Positions 51,423 through 61,426 of a stretch of 64,000 nucleotides of DNA are shown here, piece after piece (the stretch's first letter is position 1; each line of letters begins with the position of its first letter). Both the position numbers and the translations under genes were made by a program. The DNA is from Alphaproteobacteria bacterium. Its GTDB lineage: Bacteria; Pseudomonadota; Alphaproteobacteria; UBA828. The notes below the pieces were generated by a model. That model was not told the DNA's origin. It did not search any database and saw only the letters and a program-made list of their open reading frames with translations. The stretch spans positions 128,001 through 192,000 of the forward strand of contig OZ243972.1 in NCBI GenBank assembly GCA_965214705.1, in the 5' to 3' direction.

Positions 51423-52337
51423 ATGAACAGGCCTTCGCCGGAGGAATCTCCGATCGCCGCCCTGCGCGACGAGATCGACGAGATCGACGACACGATCCAC
51501 GATCTCCTGATGCGCCGGATGGCGCTCGCCAATCGCATTAGCGAGGCCAAGCGCGCCCGCGGCGCCACCGGCGCGCTGCTGCGGCCTGCGCGCGAGGCGG
51601 CGATCCTCCGGCGGCTGCAGGAGCGCCACGAGGGGCCGTTTCCGTTCCCCGTCATCGTGCGCATCTGGTCCGAGATCATGTCGGCGACTCTCTTTGCCGA
51701 GGGCGGCTTCGCGGTCTCGGTGTTCACGGTCGAGGAGCCGAGCGAGGAGAGCCGCTTTCCGGACCTCGCGCGGGTCTATTTCGGTGCTGAGACACCGCTG
51801 ATCACCGCCCGGACGGAGAGCGGCGTGCTGCGCGGCGTGCGCGACGGCAAGGCATCCATCGGCGTGCTGCCGGTGCCTGCGGATGCGATGAGCGGCGATG
51901 TCGGGGTAAGCGCCGAGCCCTGGTGGCTGACGCTCGCCGTCAGCGACGAAGAGAGGCCGATGATCGTCTCCCGCCTGCCCTGGCTCGCGGGCGGACGACA
52001 CGCCGCCGGCAAGACCAATGCGCTCGTGGTGGCCATGACCCCGCCGGCACCTTCAGGCGATGACGTTTCGTACCTCGCGGTGGAATCCTCCGACACGATC
52101 AGCCGCGACCGCATCCGCTCGGCGCTCGCAGTGACCGGCATCGCGGTGACCGGCTCCGTGGCCTGGCACGGCGACGGCGGCGCGCCCGGCCGCTGGCAGC
52201 TGATCGAGGTCGATGGCTTCGTCGCCGAGGAGGACGAGCGGCTGCAGCGCTTCGCCGAGCGGCTCGGCGACGACGTCGGGCGGATCGCGGTGCTGGGCAG
52301 CTACCCGAGGCCGCCTGCCCCCGCGCGGGCCGGCTGA
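51423..52337 (+). CDS. Chorismate mutase with prephenate-dehydratase-like C-terminal region
   Basis: LRDEIDEIDD, RPAREAAILRRL, RIWSEIM, C-terminal LGSYP; first gene of CM-hisC-tyrA. Confidence 0.85.
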   Translation: MNRPSPEESPIAALRDEIDEIDDTIHDLLMRRMALANRISEAKRARGATGALLRPAREAAILRRLQERHEGPFPFPVIVRIWSEIMSATLFAEGGFAVSVFTVEEPSEESRFPDLARVYFGAETPLITARTESGVLRGVRDGKASIGVLPVPADAMSGDVGVSAEPWWLTLAVSDEERPMIVSRLPWLAGGRHAAGKTNALVVAMTPPAPSGDDVSYLAVESSDTISRDRIRSALAVTGIAVTGSVAWHGDGGAPGRWQLIEVDGFVAEEDERLQRFAERLGDDVGRIAVLGSYPRPPAPARAG

Positions 52338-52355
52338 CGGGAAGCGGGGACAGCC

Positions 52356-53483
52356 ATGCCGGTCCAGCCGACGCCCCGCCCCGGGATCATGGAGATCTCG
52401 CCCTACGTGGGCGGGCGATCCACCGCATCGGGCCACGCCAACACCATCAAGCTCTCCTCCAACGAGTCCGCCCTCGGGCCCAGCCCCAAGGCGCAGGCCG
52501 CGTACCGGGAGCTTGCCGGGTCGCTCCACCGCTATCCTGACGGCGGCGCCACGGAGCTGCGCATGGCGCTCGGTGCGCTCCACGGCATCGATCCCGATCG
52601 CATCGTCTGCGGCAACGGCTCGGACGAGCTGCTGCAGCTTGTCGCCCACGCCTATGCCGGCCCCGGCGACGAGATCGTCTATTGCCGCCACGGCTTCCTG
52701 GTCTATCCGATCGCGACGCTCGCCGTCGGCGCGACGCCCGTCGTGGCACCCGAGACCGACTACACCGCCGACGTCGACGCGATCCTGGGCCTGGTGACCG
52801 AGCGGACCCGGATCGTCTTCCTCGCCAACCCCAACAACCCGACCGGGACCTATATTCCGAAGGGCGAACTGCGGCGCCTCTGGGGCGGCCTGCCTGAGCA
52901 CGTCGTGCTGGTGGTCGATTCGGCTTACGCGGAGTTCGCCCCTACCGAAGATTACGATTCCGGCCTCGACCTCGCCGGCATGGCCCCCAACGTCGTGATG
53001 ACCCGCACGTTCTCGAAGGCCTATGGGCTCGCGGCGCTGCGGCTCGGCTGGGCCTATGGGCCGCCCGCCATCATCGACGTGCTCCACCGCATTCGCGGCC
53101 CCTTCAACGCCAATGCTGCGGCGCTCGCTGCAGCGCTGGCAGCGTTGGAGGATCAGGACCACATCGCGCGCGCCAGGCAGCACAACGAGCGATGCCTCGG
53201 TGCGCTTGCCGCGCGGCTCAGGGCCTCCGGGCTCCATGTCGTGCCCAGCGTCTGCAACTTCCTGCTGGTGCGCTTCCCCGACGAGCCGGGGCGGGATGCT
53301 GCGGCGGCCGATCGCTTCCTCACCGAACGCGGCATCGTCGCCCGGCGGATGGAGCCCTATCACCTCGCCGACTGTCTCAGGATCACCATCGGGCTGGAGG
53401 CGGAGAACGAGGCCCTGGCCCAGGCGCTCGAGGCCTTCATGGCGCCGCCTGCGTCGGGCGCAAACGCGGGCGACGACAGATGA
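52356..53483 (+). CDS. hisC: Histidinol-phosphate aminotransferase
   Basis: KLSSNE, GNGSDE, ANPNNPTG, TRTFSKAYGLAALRLGW. Confidence 0.95.
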   Translation: MPVQPTPRPGIMEISPYVGGRSTASGHANTIKLSSNESALGPSPKAQAAYRELAGSLHRYPDGGATELRMALGALHGIDPDRIVCGNGSDELLQLVAHAYAGPGDEIVYCRHGFLVYPIATLAVGATPVVAPETDYTADVDAILGLVTERTRIVFLANPNNPTGTYIPKGELRRLWGGLPEHVVLVVDSAYAEFAPTEDYDSGLDLAGMAPNVVMTRTFSKAYGLAALRLGWAYGPPAIIDVLHRIRGPFNANAAALAAALAALEDQDHIARARQHNERCLGALAARLRASGLHVVPSVCNFLLVRFPDEPGRDAAAADRFLTERGIVARRMEPYHLADCLRITIGLEAENEALAQALEAFMAPPASGANAGDDR

Positions 53484-54361
53484 GCGAACCCTTTTCCCGC
53501 GTCGCGCTGATCGGCCTCGGCCTGGTCAACTCTTCGCTCGCGCGGGTGTTGCGGCAGAAGGCGCCCGCGACCGAAATCGTGGGTTGCGCCCGCAGCCAGG
53601 CGACCATCGACAAGGCGACGGAGCTCGGCTTCGTCGACCGGGTGACGCTGGACCCTGCGGAAGCGGTGGAAGGCTGCGACCTGGTGGTGCTGGGCTCGCC
53701 GGTCGGCACGTTTGCGCCGCTCGCGACGAAAATAGGGCCGCATCTCGCCGAAGGGGCAACCCTGACCGACGTCGGCTCGGTCAAGAACGCGGTGTTCGCT
53801 GCGGTGTCGCCGCACGTGCCACCGGGCGTCCATCTGATCCCCGGCCATCCGGTCGCGGGCACCGAGCATTCCGGCCCCGAGGCCGGCTTCGCCGAGATGT
53901 TCGAGGGCCGCTGGTGCATCCTGACCCCGCCGGAAGACGCCGACCCCGCAGTGGTCGAGCGCGTCGCCGCGCTTTGGCGCATGGCCGGGATGTCGGTGGA
54001 GCTGATGAGCGCCGACCATCACGACGCGGTGCTCGCCATCACCTCGCACCTGCCGCATCTGATCGCCTACAACATCGTCGGCACGGTCACCGACCTCGAG
54101 GAGGAGACCAAGGAAGAGGTGTTCAAGTACGCAGCCGCCGGATTCCGGGACTTCACGCGCATCGCCGCCTCGGACCCGATCATGTGGCGCGACATCTTCC
54201 TCACCAATCGGGAGGCAGTGCTGGAGATGCTGGGCCGCTTCAGCGAGGACCTCTCGGCGCTGCAGCGCGCCATCCGGCGCGGCGACGGCGCCTATCTGGA
54301 GACGCTTTTCACCCGCACCCGCGCGATCCGGCGCGGCGTGATCGAGGCCAAGCAGGTTTGA
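53480..54361 (+). CDS. tyrA: Prephenate/arogenate (cyclohexadienyl) dehydrogenase
   Basis: IGLGL, TDVGSVK, HPVAGTE, SHLPH, GFRDFTRIAASD. Confidence 0.93.
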   Translation: MSEPFSRVALIGLGLVNSSLARVLRQKAPATEIVGCARSQATIDKATELGFVDRVTLDPAEAVEGCDLVVLGSPVGTFAPLATKIGPHLAEGATLTDVGSVKNAVFAAVSPHVPPGVHLIPGHPVAGTEHSGPEAGFAEMFEGRWCILTPPEDADPAVVERVAALWRMAGMSVELMSADHHDAVLAITSHLPHLIAYNIVGTVTDLEEETKEEVFKYAAAGFRDFTRIAASDPIMWRDIFLTNREAVLEMLGRFSEDLSALQRAIRRGDGAYLETLFTRTRAIRRGVIEAKQV

Positions 54362-54385
54362 CAGGATTGCGACGGGTGGAGGTGA

Positions 54386-55186
54386 TTAGGTGAGACCGAG
54401 AACGTCCGCCATCGTGTAGAGGCCCGGCCCGCGCCCTTCCGCCCACCGCGCGGCCTGCACGGCGCCGCGGGCGTAGGTCTGACGGTTGGACGAGCGAACC
54501 GCCAGCTCCAGCCTCTCGCCGTCGGCCGCGAAGATCACGCTGTGCTCGCCGGTCACATCGCCACCGCGCAGCGCGGCGAGGCCGATCTCGCCCCGCGGAC
54601 GCGCTCCGGTCACGCCATCGCGACCACGCGCCGCGACCTCATCGAACGCGACCCCACGCGCACGCGCCGCCGCCCGGCCGAGGCCCAAGGCCGTGCCCGA
54701 GGGCGCGTCGACCTTGTACCGGTGGTGCATCTCGACGATCTCGATGTCGTAGTCGTCGTCCAGCAGGCCGGCGACCTGTTCGGTCAGCCTGAACAGCAGG
54801 TTGACCGCCAGGCTCATGTTGGGGGCCTGCACCACCGCAACCTGCGCCGCCGCAGCCTCCAGCGCGGCCTGCTCGTCGGCGCCGAGGCCCGTGGTGCCAA
54901 TCACCAGCATCGTGCCTTCGGCCGCCGCAAGCTCGGCGTGGCGGGCGGCGGCGCCCGGCAGGGTGAAGTCGAGCACCGCGTCGGCAGCCCGGAACATCGC
55001 CTGCGCGTCGTCGCCCACCGCGACGCCGAGCGGCTCGATCCCGGCGAGCGCGCCACAGTCCCGTCCAAGCGCAGCATGGCCGGGAACCTCGGTCGCGGCC
55101 ACCACGGTGCAGCCGTCGGTCGCCGTTACCTGACGGGTCAGCGCCTGGCCCATGCGCCCGGCGGCGCCCGGGATTCCGATTTTCAT
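54386..55186 (-). CDS. dapB: 4-hydroxy-tetrahydrodipicolinate reductase
   Basis: GAAGRMG, IGTTG, EMHHRYKVDAPSGTA. Confidence 0.96.
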   Translation of the reverse strand: MKIGIPGAAGRMGQALTRQVTATDGCTVVAATEVPGHAALGRDCGALAGIEPLGVAVGDDAQAMFRAADAVLDFTLPGAAARHAELAAAEGTMLVIGTTGLGADEQAALEAAAAQVAVVQAPNMSLAVNLLFRLTEQVAGLLDDDYDIEIVEMHHRYKVDAPSGTALGLGRAAARARGVAFDEVAARGRDGVTGARPRGEIGLAALRGGDVTGEHSVIFAADGERLELAVRSSNRQTYARGAVQAARWAEGRGPGLYTMADVLGLT

Positions 55187-55211
55187 CGCTTCTCCTTTCA
55201 CTATCCCTCAG

Positions 55212-55342
55212 GCGCCGGGCGCTCGCTCCGCTCGCTTGACTTACGCGCTTCGCGCGCGGCGCAGTCGCGCCGTCCGGGCCTGGCGGCCCGGCACAAATCG
55301 CATCCCGCACCTCGCGAGCCGCCGAACGCGTCGTCCGCGAGG
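55212..55342. repeat. Intergenic array of short GC hairpins between dnaJ and dapB
   Basis: cgcgc-ttc-gcgcg, cggcgc-agtc-gcgccg, ccgggcc-tggc-ggcccgg, cctcgcg...cgcgagg. Confidence 0.55.
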
Positions 55343-55348
55343 CCCCGC

Positions 55349-56488
55349 TCAGTCCTTCAAATCCTCCCAGAGCTCCTTCACCTTGGCGAAGAAGCCTTCG
55401 GACTCCGGGCTGGTCGGGCGGGAGCCGCCCTGCTCATTGAACTGCTTCAGCAGCTCCTTCTGGCGCTTGCTGAGGTTGACCGGCGTCTCCACCGCGACCT
55501 CGATGTACATGTCGCCGTGGCCGGCGCCCCGCAATGCCGGCATGCCCTTGCCGCGCAAGCGAAACTGATGCCCCGACTGGGTGCCCGCCGGCACCGTGAC
55601 CCGCGCGCGGCTGCCGCCAACCGTCGGCACTTCGACCGCGCCGCCGAGCGCCGCGGTGGTCATCGGGATGGGCACGCGGCAGTGAACATGCTTGGCGTCG
55701 CGCTGGAAGATGGGGTGCGGCTCGACCGACAGGAAGATGTAGAGATCGCCCGGCGGGGCGCCGCGCGCGCCGGCCTCGCCCTCGCCGGCGAGGCGGATGC
55801 GGGTGCCGTCCTCGACACCCGTCGGAATGTTCACCGAGAGCGACTTCTCCTTCTGCACCCGGCCTGCGCCTCGGCAGTTGGGGCAGGGGTCGGCGATCAC
55901 TTGGCCTGCGCCCTGGCAGGTGGGGCAGGTCCGCTCGATGGTAAAGAAACCCTGCTGTGCCCGCACCTTGCCTGCGCCGCCGCAGGTCCCACAGGCCGAA
56001 GGCCGAGTGCCGGCGCGGGCGCCTGAGCCGCCGCAGGGCTCGCAGTTCACGGTGCCGGGAACGCGGATCGTCGCTTGCTTGCCGTTGTAGGCGTCCTCCA
56101 GCGTGATCTCCATGTTGTAGCGGAGATCCGCCCCGCGGGCCGGCTGCCGCCGGCCGCCGCGGCGTTGGCCGCCACCCATGAAGTCGCCGAACAGGTCGTC
56201 GAAGACGTCGGCAAAGCTCGTGCCGAAGTCGAAGCCGCCCGCGCCGGGGCCGCCGCTCGCACCGTCGAAGGCGGCGTGGCCGAAGCGGTCGTAGGCCGCA
56301 CGCTTCTCCTTGTCGGAGAGCACGTGGTAGGCCTCGGAAATCTCCTTGAACTTCTGCTCGGCGGCCTGGTCATCCGGATTGCGGTCCGGATGGTACTGCA
56401 TCGCGAGCTTGCGATAGGCCTTCTTGAGATCGTCCTCGCTAGCGTCGCGGGAGGCGCCGAGAAGGTCGTAATAGTCGGCCTTGGCCAT
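55349..56488 (-). CDS. dnaJ: Chaperone DnaJ
   Basis: J-domain HPD, G/F region, four CxxCxGxG motifs. Confidence 0.98.
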   Translation of the reverse strand: MAKADYYDLLGASRDASEDDLKKAYRKLAMQYHPDRNPDDQAAEQKFKEISEAYHVLSDKEKRAAYDRFGHAAFDGASGGPGAGGFDFGTSFADVFDDLFGDFMGGGQRRGGRRQPARGADLRYNMEITLEDAYNGKQATIRVPGTVNCEPCGGSGARAGTRPSACGTCGGAGKVRAQQGFFTIERTCPTCQGAGQVIADPCPNCRGAGRVQKEKSLSVNIPTGVEDGTRIRLAGEGEAGARGAPPGDLYIFLSVEPHPIFQRDAKHVHCRVPIPMTTAALGGAVEVPTVGGSRARVTVPAGTQSGHQFRLRGKGMPALRGAGHGDMYIEVAVETPVNLSKRQKELLKQFNEQGGSRPTSPESEGFFAKVKELWEDLKD

Positions 56489-56571
56489 GGTTCAGCGCCC
56501 CGCTCGGGCGTGGCCCATGGCCCGACAGCCGCCGACAGCCTCCGCGTTCACGGGAGCCGCCTTCCGCCGGT

Positions 56572-58518
<1,947 letters not shown>

Positions 58519-58649
58519 GTCTCGTCCCTATTGTCAGCAGGCCCGAACGACCACGTCATGCATCGCTTCGCGCCCCGTGTCCTTTGCCCTATGTCTCATG
58601 CCCATGGGGCTCCCCCCTCGCGGCGGGCAACCGCCGCGTCCAATGGTCA

Positions 58650-58677
58650 ATATGGGTGCAGATTTGCGCCCTGCAAG
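58650..58677 (-). promoter_or_regulatory. RpoH (sigma32)-type promoter for dnaK
   Basis: Minus strand CTTGCA...CCCATAT (CTTG-N18-CCATAT). Confidence 0.7.
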
Positions 58678-58702
58678 CGTCCAGAACGGCGCGTCTGCAG
58701 GC

Positions 58703-59437
58703 TCATGAGGGCTCATCCGCCGGCGCGTCCGCGCCGTCTGACCCGGTCTCCGCCTCGGCTTCGGCCTCGGGATCGGCTTCGTCGTCTGCTGCCGGTGGAG
58801 TGCCGCCCTTGGCCACACCCACCATCGCCTCGCGCAGCAGGCGGTCGCCGATCCTGTAGCCCGTCTGAAAGACCTGGACGACGGTGCCATCCGGCTGGTC
58901 CGTCTCCGCGGTCTCGAACAGCGCCTGGTGCAGGTTGTAGTCGAACTTCTCACCCAGCGGGTCGATCTTGGTGATGCCGTGGCGCCCCAGCGCCGTCTCG
59001 AACTCCCGCGCCGTCATCTCGATGCCCTCGGCAATCGCCTTCACCGCGTCGTCGCTCTCGCGCCGCTCGGCGGGAATGCTCTCCAGCGCACGGCCCAGGT
59101 TGTCCGCCACCCCGAGCAGGTCCTGGGCGAAGCGCGAAATCGCATAGTTTCGCGCGTCGTCCACGTCCTTCTTGGCCCTGCGCCGCGCGTTCTCGGCGTC
59201 GGCAAGGGCGCGCAGGAGCTGATCCTTGAGCGCGTCTTCCCCGTCCTCCGCCTCATCCTCTTCGGCGTCGGTAACGTCTTCAACGTCGGGCGCTTCCAGA
59301 GCGTCCGCGTCCTCGGCGCTCTCCTCGGCGTCGCCCGCGGCGCTCTGCTCTGCGGATGGGGCGGCGGCGTCAGTTTCAGGTCCCGCCTGTTCGGGCTCTG
59401 CTCGTTCGGGCTCCGCCCGTTCGGTCTCGTTCTGCAT
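58703..59437 (-). CDS. grpE: Nucleotide exchange factor GrpE
   Basis: LRALADAEN, VADNL, FDYNLHQA, GYRIGDRLLREAMV. Confidence 0.96.
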   Translation of the reverse strand: MQNETERAEPERAEPEQAGPETDAAAPSAEQSAAGDAEESAEDADALEAPDVEDVTDAEEDEAEDGEDALKDQLLRALADAENARRRAKKDVDDARNYAISRFAQDLLGVADNLGRALESIPAERRESDDAVKAIAEGIEMTAREFETALGRHGITKIDPLGEKFDYNLHQALFETAETDQPDGTVVQVFQTGYRIGDRLLREAMVGVAKGGTPPAADDEADPEAEAEAETGSDGADAPADEPS

Positions 59438-59499
59438 GGTCTCCTTCGTTCTCTTTCGCGCCCACGGGCGCCGTCGCTCCGGGCGCGATTTTCCCTCGC

Positions 59500-60537
59500 T
59501 CACCCGAGCACCCGGCCGATGATGGCAGCCGTGTGATCCACCATCGGGATGATGCGGCCGTAGTTGATGCGTGTAGGCCCAATCACGCCGATGGCCCCGA
59601 TGAAGCGCGCCTCGGAATCGCGATAGGGCGCCACCACCATGGAGCAGCCGGTGGAGGCGAAGAGCGTGCTTTCCGCCCCGATGAAGATCTGGACCCCATC
59701 CGCGCCTTCGGTGCTCTCCAGCAGCTTGATGAAGTCGTTCCTCTCCTCCAGCGCGTCGAACAGCTGCCGGATGCGTTCGAGGTCCGCGAGCGCCGTGACG
59801 TCCTCGATCAGATTGGCCCGGCCGCGCACGATCAGGCTGCCGTGCTCGCGCGCCCCATTCGACCATTCGGCGATCCCGGCTTCGACGACGCGGGCGGTGA
59901 GATCGTCGAGCTGAGCCCGGTGCTCCTCGATTTCGGTGCGGATTTCGTCGCCGAGCTCGGCGAGGGTGCGGTCGGCAAGCCGCGCGTTCAGGTAGTTGGT
60001 GGCGCGGCTCAGGTGCGACTGGGTCATGCCCGTCGGCACGTCGATCACCCGGTTCTCGACCAGCCCAGTCTCCGTCACCATGACCGCGAGCGCGCGGCCC
60101 TGGCTGAGGCTTACGAACTCGACCTGGCGGCACGGCACGTCGGCCTTGGGCGCGAGCACCAGCCCCGCGCAGCCCGAGAGGCCCGAGAGCGCTTCGGTGG
60201 TCTCGGTCAGCATCTCCTCCACCGTGCGCCCCGCCGCCCGGCACTTGCCCTCGATGCTGGCGCGCTCGTCCTCGGTGAGCCGGCCGAGCTCCAGCAGGCC
60301 GTCCACGTAGATGCGCAAGCCCAGCTGGGTCGGCAGGCGCCCCGCCGAGACATGCGGCGCATAAAGCAGGCCGGCATCCTCCAGGTCGGCCATGACGTTC
60401 CGCACCGTCGCGGGCGAGACCGGGGTCGTGAGCCGGCGCGAGAGCGTGCGCGAGCCCACCGGCTGCCCGGTCTCCATGAATTCCTCGACCAGCCGGCGGA
60501 GCACCTCCCGGGAGCGGTCGGTCAGTTCGCGCAGCAC
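59500..60537 (-). CDS. hrcA: Heat-inducible repressor HrcA
   Basis: PVGSRTL, SPATVRNVMADLE, PHVSAGRLPT, IGPTRINY. Confidence 0.96.
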   Translation of the reverse strand: MLRELTDRSREVLRRLVEEFMETGQPVGSRTLSRRLTTPVSPATVRNVMADLEDAGLLYAPHVSAGRLPTQLGLRIYVDGLLELGRLTEDERASIEGKCRAAGRTVEEMLTETTEALSGLSGCAGLVLAPKADVPCRQVEFVSLSQGRALAVMVTETGLVENRVIDVPTGMTQSHLSRATNYLNARLADRTLAELGDEIRTEIEEHRAQLDDLTARVVEAGIAEWSNGAREHGSLIVRGRANLIEDVTALADLERIRQLFDALEERNDFIKLLESTEGADGVQIFIGAESTLFASTGCSMVVAPYRDSEARFIGAIGVIGPTRINYGRIIPMVDHTAAIIGRVLG

Positions 60538-60569
60538 CCTGCAATCCCGTCCTGTGATGGGGCGGCCTG

Positions 60570-60598
60570 AATGTAGTGAGCGCCCTTGGGAGCGTCAA
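60570..60598 (-). promoter_or_regulatory. Putative sigma70 promoter for hrcA
   Basis: TTGACG-N17-TACATT. Confidence 0.55.
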
Positions 60599-60729
60599 CG
60601 TCGCGACAGGCAACAATTTCCATGCCTTCGACGGCCTGAGTCAGCTTGTCGCGGGTAGGGCCACGCTTCAGGAGCGCGCTGACAAACGTCGTATTATGTA
60701 TTACAATCTAACGAGCCTCGATACTTCAA

Positions 60730-61023
60730 ATGCAGGCACTCATGCACAACCCACCCCACCCCGGGGCGTTCATCAGGCGTCAGTGCCTCGAACCGCTCGG
60801 GTTGACCGTGACGGAAGCCGCGAAGGGGCTCGCGGTATCGCGCAACACGCTGTCCATGCTGCTCAACGGTCGGATCGGGATCTCGCCCGAAATGGCCATC
60901 CGCCTGTCGCAGGCATTCGGCGGCAGTCCGGAGAGCTGGCTGCAGCAGCAGATGCAATACGACCTTTGGCACGCACAGCAGAACCGGGAAGAGGTCGCCG
61001 TGCGCCGGTTCGTCGCTGCCTGA
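60730..61023 (+). CDS. higA: HigA-family antitoxin (HTH), no adjacent toxin gene
   Basis: [40 protein letters not shown] (start may be 60742). Confidence 0.9.
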   Translation: MQALMHNPPHPGAFIRRQCLEPLGLTVTEAAKGLAVSRNTLSMLLNGRIGISPEMAIRLSQAFGGSPESWLQQQMQYDLWHAQQNREEVAVRRFVAA

Positions 61024-61426
61024 CGGTGATCGGGCAGCCGCCTTTGCGGCACGGATGCTGCCCTAAATTGGCAAGCGCATTGTTTTTAGCGGCCCGCGGC
61101 ACTATCATAAGGGTGCGAAACGACTGATGGACGAGCCGCGCCGCACCGCACGCAAGACGATGGCGGGGGCGGTGGCTTCCCGGCAAGAAGCCGGGGGCAG
61201 CGGGCGCGTCCGGTGAGTCTACACCTCGAAACCACGGAACGAGTCCGATGCGGCAGCCGCCTACCATCGAGCCGACCGACCCCGCCGTGATGCGGTCCGT
61301 CGCGAGACGAGACCGCCGCGCGCCGGCCGGCGGCCCCCTTTCGGCGCGGCGCCGGATCGCGTTCCCGCGGATGCGCTTACGGGAGGCTGAGGCCCCCGCG
61401 CGCTCCCGGACGGAGAAAACACAACA

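Noticed and set aside
60593-60720. Integron attC-like site near higA (cgcgacagg/cttgtcgcg inverted repeat, ATCTAAC)
   Set aside because: No complementary GTTRRRY box at suitable spacing and no integrase.
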